Assembly: GCA_003971905.1 (NCBI GenBank)
Contig: RSEE01000037.1
Span: 124,001-188,000, forward strand
Reading direction: 5' to 3'
DNA from: Moniliella sp. 'wahieum'
Taxonomy: Eukaryota
Length of the DNA stretch: 64,000 bases
Part shown: in pieces, positions 25,570 through 37,400 of the stretch
Layout of the letters: each line of letters opens with the position of its first letter
Position numbering within the stretch: position 1 is the stretch's first letter
Notes under the pieces: model-generated
Told to the model about the DNA's origin: nothing
What the model saw: the letters and a program-made list of their open reading frames with translations, nothing else
Databases searched by the model: none
Translations under genes and position numbers: made by a program

Positions 25570-25681
25570 TGTTGAGAAAAGATGCCGATGGAAAGGGATG
25601 GATACGGAGAGGGTGAGGGGATGGAATAGGAAATTGGGGTTGATCACCGTTGCTCACTGGATGAGCGAAGAGTTGTAACTC

Positions 25682-25911
25682 TGATGAGACCTGGAGTCCA
25701 GATGGTCCTCGAGGGTGATGCAATCGCACTAGTGGTGGTGGTGGTCTAAGCCAACCAGCAACGCCTACCGAGGAACATCAAGCAGCGAGTCGCCACCAGG
25801 GGCTAAGCTGCGGAACAAGGAAAAACAGGAGAGAGAAAAAACAACGGAACTCCTAGGCCTGAGGAGGAACTGAAGGGACATTGGCCAAAGCACGAGCCAC
25901 CTGGCTCAACA
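25682..25911 (-). repeat. Copia 5' LTR
   Basis: Identical by inspection to 20155-20384. Confidence 0.97.
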
Positions 25912-26650
25912 ACGACGGCTTGGACAGGAAGACCACCTTTAGTCTTGCTATATATCCTTGATGGTGCCCTAGTCGGCTTCAGGCTGGTCCAACAGGGGGT
26001 TGTGGGTTGCAGAACGGCTACGAGCATATAGGAGGCAGGGCGACTCGGAGTGCGGGTATCGGCCACAGTGCCACCCAAGGCGCTGTAACGGGCACAGCTG
26101 ATAACTCCGGTGCCTCTCGTTCGTTAATGCGGTTGCATGCGTCAATAATTGGGGATCAGCAAAAGCAGTAGGTTAGCCAAGTCAGACTGGACTTGGGGCG
26201 GAAACACAGACTACTGGGCAAGGGAGACAAGAGAAGCATTCTTCTCCCTTTGGAGCCGCCAGAGTTTGGCCAACAAAAAGACGGAAATGGGATCATGGGC
26301 GGATGGAGGTGTATTTTTGAAGGCGGCGGTGCGCCGAGGTGGTCATGTCAGCCAGACTGGCCTGCTGCCGCTCGCCCGCACCGACCGTGCCTCCTTCAAC
26401 TTGAACGTGCAACTTGAACGTTCAGCAATGCAGGCGAAAGCCGGGCGCTGGGCAGGGTGACAGGCCGGGAGGAGGATAAACAACCCTAGTGCTCTGGCTT
26501 GAGTTCATTGTCCCACGGCGCCAGTGTCGCTCAATTAATTCCGCCGCATGGTCGAACCCTATTCTTGCGGAGCATGCTCGTTCTTCGGCCGTCCCCCCCT
26601 CCCCCACCCTTGTCCTACTTGGCGATCACGACCGTCGAGTTCAAGTCCAG

Positions 26651-26768
26651 GTAAGCACGTTGGTCTCGGGACGTAAGTGGGGGCAGAAGGCGCCGCAGTC
26701 CTGCACGAGCAAGGTCGTTCTAAGAGACCGCCAATGGCTGACGCTACTTACCTTTCTCGCTTGCCTAG
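26651..26768 (+). other. 5'-UTR intron of RPL11
   Basis: CAG|GTAAGC ... GCTGAC branch site ... CCTAG, 11 nt before the ATG. Confidence 0.75.
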
Positions 26769-26779
26769 TCTTCTCCACC

Positions 26780-27293
26780 ATGTCGACGACGAACCCCATG
26801 AAGGACCTTAAGATTGACAAGCTTGTCATCAACTGCTCGGTGGCGCGTCGGGGGATCCGCTGACGCGTGCATGCAAGGTGTTGGAACAGCTTACGGGCCA
26901 GACGCCCGTGACGTCCAAGGCGCGGTACACGTTGCGTGGGTTTGGGATTCGGCGTAACGAGAAGATTGCGGCTCATGTGACGGTGCGTGGGCCGAAGGGG
27001 AGGAGATTCTGGAGCGCGGGTTGAAGGTGAAGGAGTACGAACTGTCTCGTCGTAACTTTTCCGAGACGGGCAACTTTGGGTTTGGGATCAATGAGCACAT
27101 TGATCTCGGTATCAAGTACGATCCTTCGATTGGGATTTTCGGCTTGGACTTTTTCTGTGTGATTACGCGTCCGGGGGTACGTGTGGCGCGTCGGAAGCAA
27201 AAGACCGCTCGGGTCGGGTACACCCACCGCGTCAAGAAGGAGGAGACGGCCGCCTGGTTCCGCCAGCGCTTTGAGGGCATCATCACCAACTAA
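26780..27293 (+). CDS. RPL11: 60S ribosomal protein uL5/L11 (two apparent frameshifts)
   Basis: [73 protein letters not shown]. Confidence 0.97.
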
Positions 27294-30200
27294 AAAAAAC
27301 CCACTTTGATCTCCCCATCCCTCCCTTCTCCTGTCGCCCCCCCCACACAAAAAAAATCGCCTGATTTGAGCACTTTGGTTCTGTTGGAACATGCCATCCC
27401 ATGTGGATGTTATAGCGTGCAATTGGAGTGTTGAGTAGGAATCTATCTCGGCTGGTAATGACTGGTTGCGGCAGACACATCCTAGCCTGGAGGCCCCTCA
27501 GGCCTCCGGCCTGCCTCAGGAGGCTAGCCTCATGATGTCATGTGTGGAAATATGACATGGAAGAGATCCGAAAAAGCCACGAGCGCTAAGCTTTAACAAC
27601 TTTTTAACTGACTCATCATGATGCCTGGCTTGCTCCGCCTGCCCAGGGTTATATGCCCCGTCACCGTCGCGCCTTAGGCCTTACGGCTGACCAATGCCAA
27701 ACAAAACGTTGGTATATACAGCACAAAGCTGTGCCTTTGCAAGGTACACGCTACCATGATTCATTGACTGGTGGCGCGTAGTAACGCGTAACGCGTAATG
27801 CGTACTAGCTCGATTTTGTGGTAGCCTTCTCCAACCTTTTGCTCTAGCAGGCTCCAGTTACAGTTTCCTCACAGGTTCAATACCAACCATACGTTCAACG
27901 TTCAACGTTCAAGCTTCAAGAAGACGCGGTTTAACTAATCGTAGTGCGTGGTCCTTCGGCAATGTGTTTCGCCCACAGCACTGTAACATGGAAGCTGGGC
28001 CTGGGCTGGTGTCTTGCGCCTGCGCCATGCCTGCGCCGCTGGCGTAGTAGAACGATAATGACGATGATGATGATGCAGATGATGCAGCACGATGGCCGTT
28101 AGGATAAGGCACAAAATGCAAGAGGATCGAAAGGGTGCCCTTGCTGCCCTCGTCCTTGGATTTCTTGCCTGTCCGCGTGCTGGTAGGTACATGGAAGGAA
28201 ACGGCTAAACGTTAAACGCTAATCAATACTCCGTACTCACATTCTTCGGTACGAAGACTTGGTAGACAATACTCAGCTGCTCTGGCGTTCAACGTAACGT
28301 TCAGGCTACGTTCAGGGCCTCCCTCTAATGTGGCTGAACAAGCTGAACCAGGCTGAACGCTGAGCCTAAGCCTGAACCGCCCAGGCTACAGCCCTTTGGT
28401 AGTCAGAGTGGGTCCACCTGCAACATTAAAGCTTAGCGTCGAAATAGTCATCACAGTCAGCGGCGCCATTTCTTCTTCGCTCCTGTGGTGCAACAAGCCA
28501 CGATCGTGTCTTTGGCGAGACGCCGAATGCGCGCCCTTGCACGCCATGGCGTGGTGGAAACGGGTCCGTAGGCTGGAATTAATAATGAACTTGGGCGTTT
28601 CTTTCGTCCTTGCACACGATGCGGTAATCGGCTTTAAGCTTCAAACAGCGGTGCGCAGCGATGTAAAATGGGTTTGATGGGGGGGGGGGCGAGAGTAGTA
28701 ACTAGTAACTAGCTTAACTAGTAACTAGGAACTAGTAATCGATCTAATCGATCTAATCCCTAGTGCGGATCCGCTTGAGTGGCTTGCATAACTAGGTGTG
28801 AGCGGTGCCTTGGGCTGAGCGGGAGGGCGTCCAACGCATGCTGCAGCAGAAGAAAGGTGGGTTAAAGTGACCGTCAAAACGCGAACGTAACGGCGAGGAC
28901 ACGTTATTTTTGGAACTTGGAAGACTTTCCTTCAAGCTTCATCGTTGCATCATGCATCCTTGGATGGGTGGGGGCGAGGGGGCGTTCGGAGACAGGTGCG
29001 GGACTCGTGCCTGTACCGTGTGGGGCGGGTCTTCCTCCGTTCTGCCAGTAGAGCGTGGAGGGGGAGAGGATCTGGGCGGAGGAAAAGCTTAACGCACCAA
29101 TACCAAGATGCAGCGATCGAAGATCGAAGAGCATCTTGGAAGCAAAATGCAACGATCTGGACGATAGTGACTCGTAGAACTAGTGCATAGCCGGTAGCCG
29201 GTAACTAGTAACTGGAGGACCGCATGACTGGTGGCATCCATGTCGATGCCCCCTACCATGCGGTCGCGGTGGTTGCCGGTGGACGGTCACGCGGTCACGC
29301 GGTCATACATCCTGGGTCGCATGCGACGACGGTACTTTCCGACACGTTGCGCATTGGACGTTTGCGTGCGTTGGACGTTCGTTGACGGTGAACAACGTTG
29401 ACAAGGTTACGTCGCAAGTGTGGGCGCATGGGGGGATGTTGGTGGCATATGCCTTTGGAGAAGACCATCTCGCCCTCACTGCGTCTTGCATGATGCGTGA
29501 TGGGAGCTAGCGGCTACTAGGCCACTGAACGTGTCTGCGGCGCAGGAGAGGACGGATGATGGATGAGATGGATGAAGACGAGGGCACGGACGATGATGAC
29601 GGAGGAAGCTTAAGTATCTGTGTGCTCCGATGCCTATCTATTTTTTCGGCGTACGTTCCGCAACATCAATCCGCGGCAGGGCAGAGGGCAGAGGGCGGAA
29701 GGGCGCAGCGCAGGGCAGGGCAAGCAGGGCAAGGCAGGGCACGGTTGGCTGGGGGGGGAGTGGCGGAAGCACGGCTGCTGTTCCGGTTCTGCTAGGGGTG
29801 TGGATATGAATTGGGGTGGAGGGAGGATGGTGGGGGCGGGCGTACGCCTCTGCAACGGGTTACGACGCAGCGCACGGGCGCTGTTGGGCAAAGGGGGGGA
29901 AGTGGATCGGGTGGCACGGCGGGGACGTTTGGTGGGAGGGGCGGGGGATTAGGGTTATGGCGGAGTGGGCGCCAAAGCTTGTCTGCGCGCAGGCACCCGC
30001 CGACGCCAGGGGTTAGTGCGCTGAGCACAGGCGCAGTGCGTCCACGCTCCAGTGCCCCGTGCGGCCCACACGCCCTCGCACCATGCATCATGCATCACAT
30101 GTCGCATGTCGCATGTCGCATGTCACATGTCACACGCATCACATGCGTGCTCTCAGATCTCGGCACGCCCAGGCAGCGCCATGCATCCCATCTCACACAC

Positions 30201-30593
30201 CACGCCCCAGCGCAGCAGCCCCCTTGCGTGCGCTCCCGCCCCACGCCTGCCGCCTGCGGGAGCCGGCAGCGGCGGGGCGTGTCGGGGTGCACCGCCCACA
30301 GCGCCAGCGTCACTGGCGCAGCCGTCGCAGCACGGGCAGCTGCCTGCGGACTGGACACTGCGCCTGGGCCGGTGGCAAGAAAGCGCACTCGATCGCAGTC
30401 CGTCGGCGCACTCATCAGCACTCCCCCCGTGCTCCCGCAGCCCATATCCAGTACGCACCAGGCGGGCCCAGCGCACACTCGCCCCTGCCCCGCTGCGCCC
30501 ACCCTGCCCGCCCACGCCCCCGCGCCCCCCCCACCCCCCCCCCCCCCCGCCTGGCTCTCTCCCACCACCGCCGCCGCCGCCGCTGCCACCACC

Positions 30594-32644
30594 ATGCAGT
30601 CGCTCGCCCCCAACAGCAGCCTGCTGTATGCGCCCATGTTCGACGCCCCCCCCCCCCACATCCGCACCACCGTCGCCTCCGACAGCCCCCTCCACCTCTC
30701 CCTCGCCGACGCCGACGCCCCACCACCAAGACCCCCTCCCTCCTCGCCCGACCCTTCCTCCGCTCCCACCTCTCCCTCTCCCCAGCGCCGCCGCCCGCCC
30801 CGTCGTCACCGCCACCTCCGCCACCGCCACCTCCACCATCAGCGCACTCGCCCCCAGCCCCCTCACCCCCTCCCTCGGCCTCTGGCCCGACTCGGCCACC
30901 TCCGACTTGGGCTCCTGCCTCCTCATGCCGGACTTTGGCCTCGACTGCAACCCCGACCTGCCCAGCCCCCATGCCCAGACCCCCTCGGGGCCCTCCTCCA
31001 CTACCGAACTCGACTCGGATGAGCTCGAGCAGCTCTCGCCCTTCTACTCGGGCCCCGACCCCACCGAGCCCATTGCCATGCCTGCGCCCGCTCTCGCCCA
31101 TGCTCCGCCCCAACCAGCCGCCCAGCCGCCCTTGCCCGGCTTGGGTCTGCCAGAGCATCTCGCTGCTTCCTTTTGCGCCCCGCCTCCCGACGCAGCGCCC
31201 GAGCCACCTCCATCGCGCTCCTATCCCGAGCCCGCCCACCTCCTGCCCAGCGTCCAGATCCACAAGCCGCCGTTTCCCCCGATCGGCAACAGTTCGCTCG
31301 CCGACGCCATCCGTAGTCCCGTCTCGGTTCCGTCGATGAGCCCCGTACCGTCGGGGTTGTCCATGTCCACCTCGCCCGTGCCTCGGGTCTGTCCATGTCG
31401 CCCACTTCGGGTCTGTCGTCCCCCGACGGTCCGCTTGCCTTTGGCTCCATCCCCTGGTGGGGCGCCGACGGATGGCCGGCGGCCGGGGGTGGTGCCCCTC
31501 TGGCAGCAGCCGCTGCTGCCCATCGTCCTGTGCGGGACCAAGCTCCTACAGCCTTAGTCTTGGCTCCTCGCTGCGCGATCTGCCTCCTGCTTCGCTCCCG
31601 CTGGGTTTTGCTGCCCCGCCATCAGGCCGACCCGCAGCGACCAGTGGTCCATCGGGTCTGTCCATGGCCTTCAACCCGTCTGCCACTGCTTTTTCACCCG
31701 TGCCCAACGCATCGGTCACCAATAGCTTTTCGCCCATGGCCACCCGGCCTACCCGCCGGCTCCGAACCCGTTCCCAGCCTTTTACGCCTCGGGTCTACCG
31801 TCGGCGATGGAGGCCAATCCTCCTCCGGCGTTCTTGCCCGACTCGGTGGCGCCACAAACGCTCAAACACCAGTCTCCTGCGCTTGGACCTGGGTCCGCCC
31901 CCGCCCCGGCCACCGCCACCGCACCCTCGTTTGAGGGAAGCATGTCGCTCTTGTCACGTCTGGAGCTGGACAGCTCGCCGTTTGATACGTTGCCGCCGTC
32001 GTCGCCGTCCATGTCGTCATCGGCGTTGAGTTCGGGGAGTGCGACGAGTCCGTTGCTTGCACCTTCACCGTTGGGCAGCCGTCCGATCCCTGCGCCTTCG
32101 GTGCCGGCGCATGATGGATGCCGAAGCATTTGGGACGTCGGTTCCGGCCATTACGCCGCGGGAGTCGGCGGCGTCGTACGCGTTGACGTCGGCGGTTGTC
32201 TTGGCGGAACCGATGGCGCGTTCGTTACCTTCGCACATTGGTACGGGCAGTCGACGTCGGGTGGAAGTGGATCCGGTAACGGGGATCATTACGCGTCCGA
32301 CGCGGGGCCGAGCGGTACCGACCAAGTTGGAAGAGATGGCGCAGTTGGGCAAGTTGGGCAAGGGCGGACGGGTGTGGGCGTGCAAGGTGCCTGGATGTAG
32401 CAAAATGTTCCGTCGGTCGGAACATTTGAATCGGCACTTGCGCTCGATTCATTCGGAAATGCGTCCGTTCAAGTGCTCCTACGACGGATGCAACAAGTAC
32501 TTTTCCGTCGGGACAATCTCAATCAACATCAACGTGTTCATACGCTGGACAAGGCTGCGCGCCGTCGCAGGTCTTCTACCTGTACCTCTTCTTCCCGCGG
32601 ACGTTGTCCCCCTTGGCGGATCCCGGTGCCTAACCCCACGGTAG
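30594..32644 (+). CDS. Msn2/Msn4-like C2H2 transcription factor with long Pro/Ser-rich N-terminus (frameshifted, end approximate)
   Basis: ACCACCATG start; C-terminal fingers CKVPGCSKMFRRSEHLNRHLRSIH-SEMRPFKC-SYDGCNKYF..R.DNLNQHQRVH. Confidence 0.82.
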
Positions 32645-34480
32645 GACGGTACCGTACGGTACGGCACCGTGCCCCTACACCGTGGTTGGGAGTTTTTGAT
32701 CTGTTTTTTTTTTTCCTTTTCTTTCTTTCTGTTTGGCCTGTCTGTCGGGCCCGCCAGGTATGGCCTGCCCCTGCTTTAGATGTAGGATGGGGCGGGCCAA
32801 CTGTGCATTGGGCCCCCTTACTCTTTTCTCCCACCTTCATATCATGTGTATCCCCTGCTCCGCGTCTCTGTACCCTCTCTCGCTACTATCTCTCTCTGCC
32901 GTGGACCGTTCGTGCCGTGCTAGCCCCCCGTGGCTCAGCGGGGTTGGTGCTCGTGCTTGGATTCTGGACTGTTATTGCATGGCATGGATTGCATGCTGCT
33001 TGCTTGGAGAATACTTCCAAGGCGCAACCAGGTAGCTCAGCGCGAAAGGTAAGTAGGTAGGTAGGTAGGTAGGCAGGAGTGGTGTGGAGAATTCCCACTG
33101 GCACCCCGTGGCCCTCGCATCCGTGGGGAACTGTGTGGGGATCCAAGACTCTAGGGTTGGGCTTAACATTCACGATTCGCATTCCGCAGTGAGGATGGAG
33201 GATGGAGGATGGAGGATGGACAAAGGAATAGGTAGGTATAGGTGTAGTGCAAGTGCAGGTGCAGGTGTAGATGGGGGTAACCCACTGCAGCCGCCGATCT
33301 CACCTCTGGCACGGTGACGTTGACGTTGAGGTTGGTGGAACGTTGACAACGTTGACATTGGACAATGCACCTCGGTCACCAACGATCTAGTACTACTATA
33401 GGCGGCCAGGTTGGTTGACCTCTTGCGCATAGTAGGCCGGAGAGCTACTAGGAGGTAGACAAAACTGATGTGCGTCCAACCATCTCGTAACATTCGCGCT
33501 CTACGTTTACCAGTCTCTCCGTATGGGATTAGATGCATGGAGGGTTCCCCATGGGATGGTCCATACTCCACATCCTGGTATGGAGCGGAGCCCGGGGCCG
33601 GAGCTCCGACGACCTTGTGAGGTACTGTACCGTGAAACGGACGAGACCACGCGAGTGCTCACCAGGTACGGTAGTGCAGGAGCGGCGCTTGGGAACAGGA
33701 TACGTAACTCGTCGCTGGCGCTCTGGGCTTCGTGAGCTTGGTATACGCATTACGCATGACGCATCCGTAATTCTTGAGCTTGGTACACATTACGCATTAC
33801 GCATTACGCATCCGTAATTCTACTGCTGGATCTTGCTGAGCCTGCGACGTTCCTTTCGCCCCGTGGGTTTGGGTTAGATGAATCAACCAATATCCTTCCG
33901 TACGGCCACGAGGCTGTTATTACTGTGATCCCTGCGTTGCTCGTTTACCGTTTATGAATGATGGGCCTACGCTTTATGCCCTGCTTTGCATTCTTCTGTA
34001 TACCTTTCCCCTCAGCTCTCAGCAAGCCTTGTCCGCAAATGAGCGAACGATGAACGCTGATCGTCGGACAGTGAATCTAGTGAAGCTTCCTGATCGGACC
34101 CTTTGCCTCGCTGCATCATTTCCCACACGGAGGGCAAGACGGTTGAGAACGAGGTGGGGGTGGCACATGCAGTGCCGCGTCGTTCCGACTAAAAAAAAGT
34201 CGCCAATCCTATTCGCTCTCCCTACAGTATATGCGTCCCCAACCGGGCCCTAACAGCAGTTGAGAAGATGATAAGCACTGCGATTTCCTAGAGCAGAAAA
34301 AGAAAAACAAGGTGGGCAGGAGGTAGAAGGTAGAAGATAGAAGGAAGAGGGGGGTAGGGAAGATGTAGAAGGGTTAAGGTGAGAGGTGGGGGGGTTGAGA
34401 ACAGGGGATGAAGGGGTTTGAACGGCGAGAAGAACGGCGAATGGCGGACGGAGCAAAAGTAAAGGGCACTCTGCCCTATC

Positions 34481-37400
34481 CTAGCCGGACGAATCCGCGC
34501 GGTCGCCCGAATCGCCCGACTCGGTGGACGGAGCGTCCAAGCGGCGCGTGCGAGAGCGGGGGATACGGTCAACGAAGCGTGGGGAGCGTGTGCGGGCGAA
34601 AGAGAAGCCGAGTGGGGAGGAACTAGCGAGGGACACCGACAAAGGGGGGTTAGACTGGCCAGTGGACCCATTGGAGGATCCGGTCGGGTCCAACGGCGCC
34701 AACGAACTGCCCCACTCGATTTCGGTGACGGCGGCGCCTCGTCATGGCTGAGCAGACTCGCCCCGCTGTTCTGGTTGTTCTTAGAGGAATGCACCATGGT
34801 CCGACGCCCATCGGCGCCGGGTGACGTGGCGACCGTGGTCAAGCTGGTGGGGGGCCCGAGTTGGACCCGGATCCTGTGCCGGACCCCAAGCCCGAGCCCG
34901 GCCTGAGCCAGACCCGAGCCCGAACCGGCGCCGTCGCCACCTTCGCCCGAGCCATGGGAACCCGACCCGCGCGATTCCGACCCGTTGGAGCCTTCGCCGG
35001 AGCCGGACCCGCCTTCCTCATCCGCTTGGGGCGCAAACAGCCGATCGACCGGGGTGTTGTGATCGCCCGCCGAGGACTGGGAGGGCGAGCCATCGGGATC
35101 GGTCTTATCGGGAAACAAGCCCGAGGCTGGGCGGATTCGTTCGCGCCCCGTGGCCGTTGTCTCGCTCAATCGGCTGGATCGAGCCGAGGGGCGAGCCGGG
35201 TCCCAGAGATGAACGGGCTGCCCTCGGCGCCTGGTATAGGCCAGCTGCACATCTTGCCGTAACCGCTTGTTGAGGTGCTTGAGTTGGTGCAGTTCGTACT
35301 GCCAGCTAGCAGCCCGTTGTGGGTCCAGCTCGGAAAACACACCTTCTTCCCCTCGTCCCGCATTCGCATTGGTCACGGACGGTGCCGCATCAGATGTCTC
35401 GGTCATGTACACCACATTCGCCTCGAGCGATACGGTGGGCGGAAGACGGCGGACTTGGACCCACACGCACCGCGGCTCGTCGTCCTGGGCAGGGAGTACC
35501 TCGGTACCCGCCTGGGGAGGAGCCGCGGTGGGATACAGTTGGGTCAGGACCATGACAGCATGGCCCATGCTGTTGCGCAACGAGTGCAGGACCAGGGAAG
35601 ACTGAGGCGCATGGAGTGCCGTGAGCAAAGCGGCGGCACCCTCGGCAGAACTCACATCCTTCACCGACTGTCCGGTCAACTGGTGCGCCGTGATGCCCAA
35701 AACCTGGACAACCGAAGCCGTGATGGCCAACAAGACGCCCGTGTCCTTGCTCATCCGGGCCCAGAAGCCCGTCTCGGACGAGGAGGTAATGGTGTTCAAA
35801 ACACGGGCCGGAACAAAGTGCACCGTCCTCGGCCGGGCGGAAGAGACGACGACTTTGCGTCCTTTGCCCTGATCAATGTGCATCCGCCCGCTCGACTCGA
35901 TCCACCGGTGCAGTGGGGAGTCTTTCACCCGCATACGGAATAGGAGGTGCACCGTGGGGGCCGACCAACGACCAAACGGCGGCGGGCGGGCAGGTCGACC
36001 CTTCGCCTTTTCCGCCCCTTCCATGGCCGAAGTCGAAGGGGAGCCCGAGTTGGTGCTCTGCCGCCCGGTCAGTCGGGCGTCCTTTTGCTTCCCATTCGCT
36101 TTGGCGTTGGCCTTTGCGTTGGCGCTAACGTTGGCGCTGGCATTGGCACTGGCATTGGCGGTGGTGTTGGCGTTGTCATACTCATTTGAGTTTCCGCCCG
36201 AGTCGGAGGGGGTTGAGCTTTCGGCGAGACGGGTTGTAGACGAAGGCTGTTCCTGCCGTTGGGCGTGGGCACGCGACGCATTCATCTTGGCCTGGCCGGC
36301 TCGTGTGGCAGCCTGAATGGCGGCGGTAGAAGTGGAGTCTTTCAGTTCGCGGAAGACAGGCACGACATCGGCCGGGTGGATGAACTTGCCAATTGAATGG
36401 CCCACCATTTCGCCCGGGTTCCATCCTGCCACCCGCTCCACGCTCGGAGACATGTACAGCACCGTCCCCTTGAGCGACAAGACATAGATGATATCCGGCA
36501 AGTTGTCCAGCACGATCGGTGCCCAATCCGAACGGCGCGACCCGGGATGCGAGGTGGCGCTTCCGTCCGAGCTGGGGGAGGAAGGGTAGAGGGATTGCAT
36601 GATAGCACGTGCGTTGGCCATTTGCCGTGGGTTCTGGTTTTTCTGAGCATGGTGGATCAGGGTCAGGAATGCCCCCGGACACACGGAGTGCCGTCACTGC
36701 ATTCCACCGACCGGTCACCGTAGTCGGACCAAAGACCGAGGGGTAGCTTCCATCGTGCGAGCGGTGATGCGACTCTGGCGGGCGGTAGTTGACTGCCACG
36801 CCACCGGAATCCATAGGCTCCAGCACGGTCCCCGGCTGCGCGGCCAGGTCCACCTGGAATCCCACCACGTACTTGATTCCAGGCTCGGTGCCCCAGGGGA
36901 TGGGGATGAGCGAAACAAGGTTGAGGAACGGCTGGCCGCCTTTGCGGTAATTGATGAGGCTCGCCTGGCATTCCTCTTGCGAGCTCAGATGGCGCGCCAG
37001 GTGGGCAACGGCCGCCTCGTCGGTGGCAACGCGGTATTGGCCCTTGGCCATTACCCCTTCGGGACTTTGAAGGAAGCGGCAATTGCGTCCAAGCACCTCG
37101 TGCCGCTCATACCCTGTTAGACGGAGGAACGTATCGCTGCAGTAGATCAGGGGGTAGTCGGGAAGGCTAATGTCCGCAACGGTGAATGCGGCAGATAGGT
37201 CAACAGGGCCAAGGGAGATGACGGGCTTGGGACGAGAAGCGACGCGCAGCAGGGCAGAAAGCATGTCGAACCCGGTCGAGCTGTAAGCCGTGATGGGCAG
37301 CGGGTCGCCATTCCTGCGCGGGGGGATGACGGACTCCCAGCCGTGCTCGGCTGCTGGCGGCGGAGGGGGGGGCGGGAGCAGCGGCAACGGCGGCTGGGTC

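Larger units (their letters stand above)
20155..25911 (-). mobile_element. Full-length Ty1/Copia LTR retrotransposon
   Basis: Two identical 230-bp LTRs (TGTTGA...CATCA on minus) and an ACGAC TSD (20150-20154 and 25912-25916). Domain order: gag, protease (DSGA), integrase (HHCC, IHIDV, SDNAPEL, NGIAER), RT (KYRARYVVGGHRQ, KKSLYGLHQS, HTDD), RNase H (TDASFA, VDN, DWFTKP). Confidence 0.98.

Noticed and set aside
26840..27005. Programmed frameshifting in RPL11 and other host genes
   Set aside because: Indels are ubiquitous and show no shared slippery motif; sequencing error is the simpler explanation
27525..27625. C/D snoRNA downstream of RPL11
   Set aside because: No proper RTGATGA box with a terminal stem and no recognisable guide
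29811..31557. Several long overlapping ORFs in all frames
   Set aside because: Low-complexity C-rich DNA lacks stop codons; explained by the frameshifted C2H2 gene and its leader
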